Shown: in pieces, positions 1 through 12,611 of the stretch
Position numbering within the stretch: the first letter of the stretch is position 1
Layout of the letters: every line of letters begins with the position of its first letter
DNA from: Ranitomeya imitator
Lineage: Eukaryota
NCBI RefSeq assembly: GCF_032444005.1
Contig: NC_091285.1
Span: forward strand, 33,232,001 to 33,296,000
Direction: 5' to 3'
DNA length: 64,000 nucleotides
Made by a program: the position numbers and the translations under genes
The notes under the pieces: model-generated
The model's database searches: none
Told to the model about the DNA's origin: nothing
What the model saw: the letters and a program-made list of their open reading frames with translations, nothing else

Positions 1-624
1 CAGTTAATTATAGGTTGGCTGTCTACCATATATCACCTAAGCAGACATAGGGGGCAGGCGTGGAGAGGGGCGTCTCTAGGGTCCCAGAATAGCTCTGAGC
101 CTTCCCGTCAAACGGGTGCGTCCTATCCTGATAACTTAGGGGACAAAGAGAGAGAGAGAAAGAGACAGAACGAGAACAGAAGTTGTGAGGACTATCCCGA
201 ATGCTCAGCAGGGAACAACTACAACACACAGGCGCTAGTGGTAGGCACTGATTTCCACCTGCAAAGGGAACTCTGGATGTGCCTTCGGACCGGCCGGACT
301 CAGCCAGCCCTGTTAGCAGTGCTCTGGATTGAGGACCCCGAAGTCTTCAGTAAAAGGTAAAGAGACTGCAACCCTGTGTCTTCGTTATTAACTGCGCCTT
401 ACACCATCGCCACCTACACTACTGGGAAGCCCTGGGGACACACTTCACCTGTGGGAAGGTATACCATCCAGCTGCCATTCCATCACCCCAGCGGACCCCT
501 AAGCAGCGTCGGTCACCCTGACCAAATACCACAGGTGGCGTCACGAACCCTTGACAAACTACCTTCACCCCTTTCATTGGACACCCCTTAGCAGGGTCAC
601 GGACCGGGTCCAGCCACTGTGACA
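1..624. mobile_element. Probable LTR (partial or solo) of an LTR retrotransposon, cut by the window edge
   Basis: Non-coding, non-tandem block ending in ...CAGCCACTGTGACA at 624 (TG...CA-type LTR terminus) abutting a minisatellite; resembles LTRs I recall from frog genomes. No partner LTR or TSD visible. Confidence 0.45.
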
Positions 625-800
625 GCCCTAGAACTGAGACAGAGTACTGAGAACCTGTGGCCCTGTGTCTGGGGGCGCTCCACAAAGACTCGTCCTCAAT
701 TCCTGAAAAGAGACAAAGACCGGCCGCCACTTCCTAGAAAGAGACAAAGACCCAACCCAACTTTATGTAGAAAGACAGACCCACCGCCACTTCCTGTAAC
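625..800. repeat. Degenerate ~30-bp minisatellite, left part (AGAGACAAAGAC...CCACTTCCTGT)
   Basis: Repeated AGAGACAAAGAC and CCACTTCCT units; same orientation as the longer array at 1575-2225. Confidence 0.75.
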
Positions 801-1025
801 AACGTATGTAGAGGAGCTGCAGAGACACCATCACGTGTTTCTCAACGCAGGCAGTGAATAGCCAGGCCTTTCCCCGGGAAGGAACAACCAAGGGAAGGGC
901 AGCATCCAATAAAGGAAAACCACCTATGCCGAGCATGGTATCCATCCACAGACAGCTGTTTCGGAGTTTTTGCCCCTCATCAGTGTGGAGTAGGAAACTG
1001 GCTATCAGGAGCAGTGCCTAGTAGA

Positions 1026-1574
1026 AAGTCTATAAAGGCACGGATGATTGACCTTGTGGAGACCAAAACATCCAACACCGCGGAGACACCATCACGTGTT
1101 TCTCAACGCAGTGATCCAGAACACTGCCCCCAAATATGCAAATGCATGTAGAGGAGCTGCGGAGACACCATCACGTGTTTCTCAACGCAGGCAGTGAATA
1201 GCCAGGCCTTTCCCCGGGAAGGAATAACCAAGGGAAGGGCAGCATCCAATAAAGGAAAACATCCAATAAAGGAAAACCCCGAAACAGCTGTCTGTGGATG
1301 GATACCATGCTTGGCATAGGTGGTTTTCCTTTATTGGATGTTTTCCTTTATTGGAAGCTGCCCTTCCCTTGGTTGTTCCTTCCCGGGGAAAGGCCTGGCT
1401 ATTCACTGCCTGCGTTGAGAAACACGTGATGGTGTCTCCGCAGCTCCTCAACATTCATTTGCATATTTGGGGGCAGTGTTCTGGATCACTGCGTTGAGAA
1501 ACACGTGATGGTGTCTCCGCGGTGTTGGATGTTTTGGTCTCCACGAGGTCAATCATCTGTGCCTTTATAGACTT
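1026..1574. repeat. Foldback: 253-bp inverted arms (1026-1278, 1322-1574) with 43-bp loop
   Basis: AAGTCTATAAAGGCA at 1026 is the reverse complement of TGCCTTTATAGACTT ending 1574; pairing continues with a few mismatches to ...GGAAAACC(1278)/GGTTTTCC(1322). 808-970 is an additional inverted copy of about 1279-1450. Confidence 0.9.
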
Positions 1575-2225
1575 CCTGTAATAAGACGAAGACTCACCGC
1601 CACTTGCTGTAAAGAGGCAAAGACTTTCCCCCACTTCCTGTAACGAGACAACGACTCGCCCCACTTCAGGTAAAGGGGCAAAGACCGACCCCACTTCCTG
1701 TAGAGAGACAAAGACCTATCCCCACTTCCTTTAATGAGACAAAGACCCTCCTCCACTTCCTGTAAAGAGACAAAGACCCCCCCACTTCCTGTAAAGAGAC
1801 AAAGACCCTCCTCAACGTCCTGTAAAGAGACAAAGACCCGACCACACTTCCTGTAAAGAGGCAAAGACCCAGCCCGATTTCCTGTAGAAAGACACCGACC
1901 CATCTCCACTACCTGTACAGAGACAAACACCAGCCCCCACTTTCTGTAGAGACAAAGACCTATCCCCACTTCATGTAAAGAGGCAAAGACCCACCCCTCT
2001 TCCTGTGGAAAGAGAAACCCGCCCCCACTTCCTGTAAACAAGCAAACACCTGACTCCACTTCCTGTAGAAACAAAGTTTCACCCCCACTTCCTGTCAAGA
2101 GACAAAACCCATCCCCACTTCCTGTAAAGAAGCAAACACCTGACCCCACTTCCTGTAGAAAGATAAAGCTCCGCCTCCACTTCCTGTCAAGAGACAAAGA
2201 CCTGTCCTCTTGACAACAGGCAGGG
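1575..2225. repeat. ~29-30-bp minisatellite (CCCCACTTCCTGTAAAGAGACAAAGAC)n, about 20 units
   Basis: CACTTCCTGT recurs at about 30-bp spacing (e.g. 1754, 1783, 2026, 2056, 2086, 2116, 2146). Confidence 0.9.
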
Positions 2226-2878
2226 AACAGCAAATTGAGGGGGGCATCTAGTGGCCAACAAGATTTTGGGGGATCAAAACATAAAACAAAAGCTGTAAAA
2301 CAAAGTAATCTGCAGATCGTCTACGTATCACATTATCTAAAGATATCACGTCGTTTGAGAGGACAGAGACCAATTAAAGAGAATCTGTCACTCGGGTTTA
2401 CAGTTTCCTATCTGCATAAACCTATTAACAACATCCCTGAATCTAGGGCTGCGTATAACAATAAATCAAGTAATGGCGGCCATTACTGTACACAAAGACC
2501 CAGCTTTCCTGGGATCCTGAATGGCTTATTTAATCTGTATTGTTAAGCAGATATATTTCTCCAAAATTTCAGCTATTCTAGGATTGTATTCATGAAGCAG
2601 GTGGATCAGGATGAACAGTGTTATGACCCATCCCAATATTTGATACTGTATAAATTTAAATGGGGCAACCAAATCCACTGGATATGCAACTGTTTGACGC
2701 AGGTAGATGGAGCGTGCCTCAAACTCATGGTCTCGTCCTCATTATAAGTGCCCAGGATAAATGTCTTCTCCTGATTATCAGAATTTCCGGATTATCAGAA
2801 GCCTGATAAAAGACATTTTGGAAGGAATATTCTAAATTGAATCACAGCATCATCGCCCTCAGGACACAACCTACTCAC

Positions 2879-2982
2879 TTTATCACTGAGCTTATGTTGT
2901 AGACCACCGGGGGTCAACCATAGGGGGGTCACCACTTCCGAATGAGCCCGAATCTTCTCCAGACGTGACTGATGGCTTATTC
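2879..2982 (-). CDS. ADAM19: ADAM19 exon 2 (prodomain start): (G)ISHQSRLEKIRAHSEVVTPLWLTPGGLQHKLSDK
   Basis: Acceptor CTTCCCTTTCCAG, 104 nt, phase 1 in, phase 0 out, donor GTGAGT; HSEVVTPLWLT resembles human ADAM19 exon 2 QHELIIPQWKT; phases match exon 1 at 8328-8427; position 3' of SOX30 on the same strand matches human synteny. Confidence 0.72.
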
Positions 2983-5900
2983 CTGGAAAGGGAAGATGTG
3001 AAATGCCCTGATGTCAATTTATGATATATTTCCAGGAGGAACTAACAGAGGAATTACACAATGCTGAGTTGTAAAAAAAAAAATAGATTTTCCAGATTTT
3101 TTTTTTGCATAATGAATATAACAGACATGGGCAGGAGTGACGACTGTTCCTGCTTAATCCCCCATGCTCTACCCCCCAAGGGTCCGAGAAGCTGAGAATT
3201 AGGATGCTGTTTGACAATGCACTCACATTTGGAAACAGGTCGTTAAAGGGGATGTTCAGGATAACAAAAACATGGCTTTGAGAAACAGCGCCACACCTGA
3301 TTACAGGCTGTGTGTGGTATTGCAGCTCAATTCCGTACACATCAATGGGGCTGAGTTGCAATACCAGACAAATCCTATGGAAAGTAGCCAAGTTTTTCTA
3401 ATCTTAATTGACCTGGAGGTGGAGATAATTAAAGTTTTAAAACATTTTTGACATGTTATAGCCAAACATCAAAAAGATTGGACCCATTGAGACCCCCACC
3501 GATTACTTAAAGAAAGGGGGAAAAGAGGATAATCTGAGTATTTCTGACCCTTTTTTGAGTCATCGAGGGCAGTCTCAAGACTGGGACACCGAAAAATCAA
3601 AACTTCCGAAGAAAGTTTTTAAAACTTTGGTTACTTTTTTTCAGCAATACAACGGAGAACCACAGCAGTCACGATCTATAGTGGCTGATAACAGGGAACA
3701 ATACCACAAGACACTTTGGGTACACTTTGACCCCACGGAGGACCAACTTCTCCTTCCTACCCCTTTACCGACAGGAAATAGGAGAATAAAGAAGGAAACA
3801 CATATCCTCAGCAAAACTAGTCTTTTCTGACATCTGAGAAAACAAATATCCAAAAGGTTTCACCTCTTATGTGACTCCGGAAGGATAGAGGGTCCGGAGA
3901 TTGGACACCAAGGCTCCGATTCATCATTTACGTTTTTAGGGGATTTTTTTTTTTTTTTTTAGTTCACTTTTTTTTTGCGATATTCACTGACTTTTTTTGT
4001 GCCAAATCCAAAACCGCATGAAATTGATGTAAAATCCAAAATGCTTTTTATTGTTGCCTTTTATCTTTTTTTGTGCTTTTTATTTTTGTCTTTTATCTTT
4101 TTGTGCTTTTTATTTTTGTCTTTTTTGTGCTTTTTATTTTTGTATTTTATCTTTGTTTGTGCTTTTTATTTTTGTCTTTTTTTGTGCTTTTTATTTTTGT
4201 TTTTATCTTTTTTATGCTTTTTATTTTAGTCTTTTATCTTTTCTTGTGATTTTTATTTGTCTTTTATGTGCCTTTTTAGCTCCAAAAATTTCAAACGTGC
4301 ATAAAATACTAATAATTCTGTATATATTACTTTTTTTTCAACTATTCTTTTATTTGCATAATGGGAAAAGGGGGAGAGGGATTTATATTTTTATATTATT
4401 TTTATAGGATTTTTTTTGCACTTTTTAACCCCTTGAATTTTTAACTTTTTAATTTCCATTCTCCTATAACATCCAGGTGTTGGCAGGGCTTCACAGAAGT
4501 AACGTTGCAGACACGGCCTTATGACCACTAAGAACTGTCACTATATGAGTGGTCGCAATAATGGATACCTAAGCTAGTTGTCGTAGAGAAAAATTGTAAA
4601 ATCAATAAAGCAATCTCCGGAGAGGGGACATATCACAATCACATTAAACATATGGGATTAATTTATAACTGAGGAAGTGAGAAAGCTGACACTTCAAACT
4701 CCATTGAAATAGGACCTCCTGCCGTGAACAGGTAATTACCACAGGGGATCTGTAGAACCAGCCAACAAGTTTAGTATTCATATACTCAGAGGCAGAGAAG
4801 TACAGGGACTTCCTCTGTTCAAAGGAATGATCTCAGACTCTCTGAAGCCATTGGTCAGTGATGAATATTGGGGTTTGCATTGATCCGATATTTATGGGAG
4901 ACATATTTTGGTGTTGTGGCGAAGAGATGAACATAACGCATCCAAACACATCACCATAGGGCCGGCCGAACACCTCCAATGTAATACGGTCAGATAGATG
5001 ATGCTATCCATGCCATGTTTCATCACTAAAGAAAGGTAAAATCTTAATAGGGAACATGACGACGACAATATCTACCGCCTGCGATTTCCAGAGTCGAAGA
5101 TATCCTGAAAGTTGGAGATCTCATAAACTTCTAAAAGACCTAGCAAATCCCACAGCCAGCACCCTTAAGAGCTCACTATGATGTGGACGTAACCTTGATC
5201 GAATAAAAGTGAGAGTTTAGATTTTGGTCGTTTGTCAGTCGTGGAAAGTACAGCTTGCTGTGGTTCTGTCAATTTCATAAGAAGTACCTCCCTCTGCTAA
5301 AGCTCTGAGCCATTTCCGTGACACAGGTTTAGTACTTTTACTTTTATCATCCCTTTAATTTCATGTGATTTTATTTATCGTATTGTTTTGTTCCCAGTTT
5401 ATATACCGTAATCTTTGTATATTTTCATAAACACTGCCTACCTTTCCAGATTAAATATATAAAATGTAATAGCTCTGTTCCTTTTGCTCTGTAAACCGCC
5501 CCCTGAAGCCATGTGCTACCTGTAACAGCGGTCTAATCAGCCTGTATAAAACGATTGGTGGTGGTAGATGGTGGTTCCTTTTGTTATTGTGAGATGATAG
5601 TGACCGTACCAGGGTATATATATATATCCCATGTGTTGTAATCGGAGGTGTATATATCATACGCTCACTGTGAGTTCCCCAATAACTGGCATGGTAGTGG
5701 CAGCAGCCGCAGCCGCATCCATCACTCGTCAGTCAATTGCGTAGTTGTCCTGACGATTGGAGGCGGAGGAGTTGCCGTACCCTGACACTACTACAAGGCC
5801 CCACACATGGGGTAAGCGACATAGCTAATCAGAAGAACTATACTACATTTCTAATTGGAGGTATTTGCTAATACTATTTTACCTACTACATATAGGGATA

Positions 5901-6774
5901 GGATTTTGGAGATGGTAATACCCCTTTAAGTAGGTTCTCGGACTCCATGTGGGCATCTTGCAGTCTTACGGACCCTCCTCCGATTCCTAACCTCCTAAGT
6001 GCCGTCATGATTGACAGGAGCATCTAAGAGCTTTAACTGTTGTGATTGGAGCTGGTTCCTCTCGGGTGCTGGCTGTATGACACAGCAGTCACCCATATGG
6101 TATGGTGCAGGCTCAGCTCCTGAGCCCATTTCATAAACACAGTGTACGTCGCCAAGAGGTTAAAGGGGTATTCCGGCTGCTCTCACTTCCCCATCGGGGG
6201 GTAACCAGAGGCGGTGAGTTCTACTGATGCTCGATCTGCAGTTATCAGGCCCCTGGGTGGTATCAGGAGACGTGATGTCACCGGCTCCGCTCACCCTCCG
6301 GAAATGAGCAGAGCCGGAATACCCATCTAACCGTCAATGCCATCTACACTGCAGGAATATTTACGGCGGTCTCGTTTATTGCACATATGGCTGCCTGCCC
6401 AGAATGTGAGGTGAAGGAGGCGACAAAATCCCCTACCAAACCTACTGAAAATATCTTCAAAAATGGCCCGTAAGTGATAAGTCCGGTCAGGGCTGAGAAT
6501 CCCCCCATCCCCACGGCCCCCCGCCAGGGCCTATAAATTCCTCACCACTCAGCTATATATAGTGAGCTATGTATACCGCACCAGGACGGCTCATATAAAC
6601 ACCACAGAGACATTGTACAGCTCCAATACACCACATGGCTCGTGTCTGCAGACACAGGACTGTCCACAACCAATATGGCTGCCACTGGAGACCCCCGCAG
6701 GGCCCACTCAGCTCTCCTAGAGTCCTGCAAGGTATAATCCCAGCATGGAGGAAACAGGTGTCATTCACGGGAAG

Positions 6775-6923
6775 NNNNNNNNNNNNNNNNNNNNNNNNNN
6801 NNNNNNNNNNNNNNNNNNNNNNNNNNNNNNNNNNNNNNNNNNNNNNNNNNNNNNNNNNNNNNNNNNNNNNNNNNNNNNNNNNNNNNNNNNNNNNNNNNNN
6901 NNNNNNNNNNNNNNNNNNNNNNN
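6775..6923. other. Assembly gap (N run)
   Basis: 149 N. Confidence 1.
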
Positions 6924-7470
6924 GAAGGAACAAAAGGAAGGAAAGACAGAAAAAAGGAAGGAAAGAAGGAAATAGAACAAAAGAAAGAAAGAACAAAAGA
7001 AGGAAAGAAAGCACAAAAGAAAGAAAAGAACGAAAGAAAGGAAAGAAAAAAAAGGAGGAAGCAAAGAAAAAAAGGAGTAAAGAAAGAAACAAAGAACAAA
7101 AGAAAGAAGAAAGAACAAAAGGAAGGAAAAAAAGAAAGACAGAAAGAAGGAAAGAAAGAACAAAAGAAAGGCCAGAAAGAAGGAAACTAAGAAACAAAAG
7201 AAGGAATGAAATAACAAAAGAACGAAAAAAAAAGAATGAAGGAAAAGAACGAAAGAAGGAAAGAAAGAAAGGAAGAGAAAGGAGAGAGAGGAAGAGAGAG
7301 AGAAAGAAAGAAAGAAAACGAAAATAAGAAGAAAATAAAGAGGGAGGGTGTAAGAAAGAATGAAGAGGAAAAAAGAGAGAGAAAAGAAAGATCGAAAGAA
7401 AATAGAAAGATGAAGGGAGGGAATGGGAAGAAAAAGAGAGATAGAGGAAGAGAAAAACAGATGGAATTTA
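6924..7470. repeat. Purine-rich (GAAA/GGAA/GA) low-complexity tract
   Basis: Almost only A/G on + strand; source of spurious K/E/R and F/L/S ORFs. Confidence 0.95.
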
Positions 7471-7594
7471 TATTACAGAACTGATTGTTATGAGAGATGA
7501 TGAATGAATGAGCGAATAAATAGAAAATGTTTCTTGTTGACTGAGTGACATTATAGACCCTATAGATCAGGGCTGGTATATAGATGATCCCAGC

Positions 7595-7702
7595 GCTGCC
7601 GCTCCCTGCACACACACACATATATATATATCCTCTGTACAGCCCAGCAGTATACATACACACAGGTATACACAGCCCCCCGACCCCGCCTGCGGCTCCC
7701 TG

Positions 7703-7756
<54 letters not shown>

Positions 7757-7909
7757 CACACATCCTCTGTACAGCCCAGCAGTGTATATATATACACACA
7801 TAGGTACACACAGCCCCCCGACACACACATACATATATATATATATATACACATCCTCTGTACAGCCCAGCAGTATGTATATATACACACAGGTACACAC
7901 AGCCCCCCG

Positions 7910-7956
<47 letters not shown>

Positions 7957-8109
7957 CACACATCCTCTGTACAGCCCAGCAGTGTATATATATACACACA
8001 TAGGTACACACAGCCCCCCGACACACACATACATATATATATATATATACACATCCTCTGTACAGCCCAGCAGTATGTATATATACACACAGGTACACAC
8101 AGCCCCCCG

Positions 8110-8158
<49 letters not shown>

Positions 8159-8210
8159 TCCTCTGTACAGCCCAGCAGTATATACACACATAGGTACACA
8201 CAGCCCCCCG

Positions 8211-8241
<31 letters not shown>

Positions 8242-8305
8242 CACATCCTCTGTACAGCCCAGCAGTATATATATATATACACACAGGTACACACAGCCCC
8301 CCGAC
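7595..8305. repeat. Compound tandem repeat with embedded (TA)n/(CA)n in ADAM19 intron 1
   Basis: Unit CATCCTCTGTACAGCCCAGCAGT...CACAGCCCCCCGACACACAC repeated about 7 times with variable TA tracts, starting right after the exon-1 donor. Confidence 0.95.
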
Positions 8306-8327
8306 CTCCCGTCTGCCGCTCCCTCAC

Positions 8328-8427
8328 CTCCGGTCCCGGTGGTCGGTGCAGGTGTCCCCAGCATCATCACCATCCAGATCCCCACCCAGACACGGGTCCC
8401 CCCGGGCCAGGCAGCTCCGTCCTCCAT
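8328..8427 (-). CDS. ADAM19: ADAM19 exon 1, signal peptide [33 protein letters not shown]
   Basis: ATG 8427 in a CpG island, 100 nt ending in phase 1 at GGAG|GTGAGG; hydrophobic core [11 protein letters not shown]; joins in frame to exon 2 (2879-2982); human ADAM19 exon 1 is also a phase-1 signal-peptide exon. Confidence 0.68.
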
Positions 8428-8539
8428 CCGCGGACCCCCCGACTTCTTCCCGAGCCCACATGCAGCCCCGGAGCATGTCCCCCAGCCGCGGAGCCCGGAG
8501 CCGCCCGCCGGTGCTGGAGCCTCACACACAGCAGAGCCC

Positions 8540-8725
8540 GGCGGTGCCGGGGCCGCGGTATATATAGTGATGACGGCGGAGGGAGCGGGAGGAGGACCAG
8601 CACCGGGGACTCCCTCCTCCTCCACCGCAGCATCACCCCGGGGCTCTCCTGCTGGGGCGGAACTACCACTCCCAGCAGGTCCTGTCAGGGCGGCTATCAG
8701 TGCCCGCTGGGAGTTGTAGTGTCAT
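8540..8725 (-). promoter_or_regulatory. CpG-island promoter of ADAM19: TATA-like CTATATATA (~8559-8566), GC box, two inverted ACTAC(A/C)ACTCCCAG (ZNF143/THAP11-type) motifs
   Basis: GGGGCGG ~8654, AACTACCACTCCCAGCA at 8661 (+) and CTGGGAGTTGTAGT at 8707-8720 (-). Confidence 0.6.
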
Positions 8726-11700
8726 TGGCCTCTGTGAGGACATTTCTTCATGTTACCACAGTACTGAGGGAGTATGACACACGCCGCTCATTATTATTAT
8801 TAATAATATTAACCCTTTAAGGACGCAAATAAGTTTTCATTTTTGCTCTTTCATTCTTTTTCCCTCCCTTTTTGACTTTCCATCCACATCGCCGTACCCG
8901 GGCTCGTTTTTTTGCGATTAGTTATGAACGCTATTATTTATTTTATCCTTCACCGTACTGAAAAATGCAGAAAAAAAATGAAATCGTAAAAAAAAACACA
9001 AAAACATGCAATTCCACCATTATTTATAGGTTTCGTCTTTACGCTGCTCATTATGGGGTTAAAAATGACCCGATAATGTTTTTTTTCCGGGTCGCTACGA
9101 TTACGGCGATACCAAACGTGAAGGATTTTTTTATTATTATTTTAAACTCCAGAATTATCGGGTTTTTTTCAGCCGTTCAAAAAAAAAAATGCAATATATA
9201 TATAAAAAAAACATAAATGTCGGATATACAAGAAAATAAATAAATATAGAAAAAGTTGAAAAAAAAAGTTGGAAAAAAATAAAATAAAAAATAAAAGTTC
9301 AATTCGTCCCTCTTTTCCCTACTTTATAAATTAAGACATAAAATAAAAATACACATATTTGGTATCGCTGCATTCGTAAAAGTCCGATCTATCAAAATAT
9401 AAAATAATCTGATCAGTAAACGGCATAAAAATAAAAGAAATGACAGAATTGCATTTTTTTGGCACAAAAATGGAAGAAAAGGCAACCAAAACATCATATC
9501 TACCCCAAAATAATATCAGTAAAAGCATCGCCTCTGGGCGCAGTAAACAAACCCTCATACAGACCCATAACCCAAAAAGTGAAAACGTTACGCTCTCAAA
9601 AAAATTTGCGTTACAAGCAAATTTTTGAATTTTTTTTTTTTTTACAATTTTTTAATTTTTTTCACCACTAAAATAAAAGCAAATCTATCCATGTTTGGTA
9701 TCTGCGCGCTCGTACTAACCTGGAGAATTATTTTGCCTGATCATTTTTACCATAAAATGAAAGCTGTAAATAAAACACTAAAAAAAACATTGCGGTATTG
9801 CACTTTAAAAAAAAACTGTTGCTATAAAATGACATGTGGTCATTCAAATTAAAACTCGTCCTGCAGAAAAAAAAGCCCTCATACGACTATGGGGACAGAA
9901 AAATAAAAAAGTTATGGCTTCTCCCAACTCTTAGATCTACTTGCTGACAGTTTCCATATAGAAGGTGTGATCAGATCATCATCCTGCATCTCTGGGATTT
10001 TCCATAGACTCCTTGTCACAGCGCCATCTACTGGTATATTCCAAAGTTTACACCTGGATGTCATGATCCAGAAAAGCAAACTGTGCACTGGTACAGACCG
10101 AGTTCAAAAAAAAAAAAATAAGTCTTTCTCATTTTTTTTTCGTCTTTAATTGACTTCTCTCAATTTTTATTATTTTCCTAATTAGTTTCCTACATTTGGA
10201 GTCCTTGCAGCTGTCACTCATTAAAGGTGCACCCACCTGTCTGCGACATATGTCGGCTAACGAGACCCCTCATATATTACAGGAATGTGAGGATTATACT
10301 GGGGACCCTCATAACAAGTCTGGATTGGGGGCAGCTGTGGAGCCAGAATGAAAATACTAGTGGTAGACTGACAAGAGGTGTGTCAGATCAGTAACGGGGA
10401 TGGGGGGCCGCTATGTGTACACGTTGCGGATCTGCAGCATTTTTCCATGCGTTTTACAGTAACATGTAAACCTATGGAAAATTAAATCCGCTGTGCACAT
10501 GCGGAAAATACCGTGCGTAAATGCTGCGGTGTATTTTCTGCAGCATGTCAAGTCTTTTTGCGGATCTGCAGCGTTTCTGCACCCATTGACTTCCATTCTG
10601 TCGGGCACATCCGCAGCAAAACCACAGGTGTAAAAAAGATCTGCAGTTTAGCTGCGGATGAAACGCTGCAGATCGGGAGGAGGGAAGTGTGTGCACGGAG
10701 TGTAGGCTACTAGGCGGTGACTGTGTGCATGTATAGTGTGTGCAGGCGGGGTCTGCGGGCTGTCCGTGGGTCTGCTGGGGTGTCTGCTGGGCTGTGTGGC
10801 GCTGTCCAGGGGGTCTGCAAGGCTGTGTGGCGCTGTCCAGGGGGTCTGCGGGGCTGTGCGGCGCTGTCCGGGTGTCTGTGGGGCTGTGTGGCGCTGTCCG
10901 GGGGTCTGAGGGACTGTCCGGCGCTGTCCGGTGGTCTGCGGGGCTGTGTGGCGCTGTCCTGGGGGGTTGTGTGTGTGTGTGTGCAGGGATCGTCCGATGG
11001 GACTACAAGTCCCATCCGGCTATGCCTGCTACAGTGACAGTGATTGACCCATTAGCCAATGACGGGACAGTAGTAGTCCCATCATCCGGCTAATGTGTTG
11101 AATGAAAAAAAAAAAAACAACACATATACATATACAGTACATACAACATACTGTACATACAACAGTGTACATACTCACCAATCACCTTGATCCCGAAGCC
11201 ATTGCTCTCCTGTAAAAAAATATTAAAATAATAAACCAACAATATACTCCCTGATCCGCAGTAATCCATGTAATAACGAGTGTCCCACGAAGATCTCCCG
11301 TGGAGAGCTGTCACAGCAGCTGATGCGACCGCTCTCCAGGGGCTCCGGCGATACAATGACGGAAGGTATCCTTCCGCACTGTATCCCTCCGCCGCTGTGA
11401 GTACAGTTCATACTGTCACTTGCGGCACTGCTGTGTGGGAAAATTCCCACGCAGCATTGCCATAAAGTGAGAGCAATGAACTACAGTAACCTCTTCAGTG
11501 ATAACACTGCAGGAGCCATTGTCTCATGTCAGTGTGTCACTGGAGGCCCTATAGAGCGGTCACATCACCCATGTCACTGTTCTATAGGGGAGATCATCGT
11601 GGGACACTCGTTATTAATTGGACTATGTCGGACAGGGAGTATACGGTTGGTTTATTATTTTTTGCAGGCGATCGAGGGCGTCGCAAGAATTAGGAGTGCT

Positions 11701-12414
11701 TGTAAGTATGGTGAAATTAAGAATATTAAAACACTTTTTTTCTGGCTGTGTCTTTTCTTAACTCGTTCACTACTATAGGATTAGTAATGGATAGGTGTCT
11801 TATTGACGCCTCTCCATTACTAACCGGGCTTAATGGCACCTTACATTACAAATGTGACATTAACCCCTTATTACCCCATATGCCACCACTACAGGGCAGT
11901 GGGAAGAGAGAGTCTAAGTGCTGGAATTGCGTCATTTCTGGGGCGGCTGGGGGTTCACATTTGTAGCCAGGGGGGCCAATATCCGTGGCCCCTTCCTAGG
12001 CTATGAATATCAGCCTGCAGCTGTCTGCGTAGCCTTTCTGGCTATAAAATATAGGGGGACCCCACGTTATTTTTGGGGGGGCTGATATTCATAGCCTGGG
12101 AAGGGGCCATGGGTATTACCTTCTTCCCAGGCTACAAATATTGGCCCCTGGCTGTCGGCTTTCCCCCTCTGGTGGAGAAAATTTCGCGGGGGACCACGCC
12201 ATTTTTTTCCCCATTTTTGATCAAAATTAAACATATTAATAAACATCGGCCTTGCTATTATATATCTATGGATATATCTATAGATTGATATCTATGGATA
12301 TAACTATGGATATCTATCTATAGATATATTTATAGATAGATATATCTATAGATACATAGATATATCTATCCATATATCTATCTAACTATCCATCTATCTA
12401 TCTAACTATCCATA

Positions 12415-12496
<82 letters not shown>

Positions 12497-12574
12497 GCTA
12501 TTCAAACAGAAAATAGGCAGCACTCCATAGTCTTGAATATCTTGTGCAGTTTATTCAGACCCACATGTCTTAAT

Positions 12575-12611
12575 CGCAACGTTTCGGCTCAGACTGAGCC
12601 TTTCTCAAGCA
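12575..12611 (-). ncRNA. Minimal type-I hammerhead ribozyme motif (PLE type, U3-A8 core variant)
   Basis: Minus strand TGC-TTGAGAA-A-GGCTCAgtcTGAGCC-GAAAC-GTT-GCG: core UUGAGAA, perfect stem II, GAAA, palindromic AACGTT instead of a stable stem III, 3-bp stem I. Confidence 0.6.

Noticed and set aside
3540-5800. Possible decayed retroelement interior and LTR
   Set aside because: No RT, integrase or env motif, paired LTR or TSD could be identified by eye; needs a repeat-library search.
6553-7484. K/E/R-rich and F/L/S-rich ORFs
   Set aside because: Low-complexity purine tract and N gap.
7187-8625. Long ORFs of 255-365 aa
   Set aside because: Produced by (TA)n/(CA)n compound repeats; only the 8328-8427 part has gene-like features.
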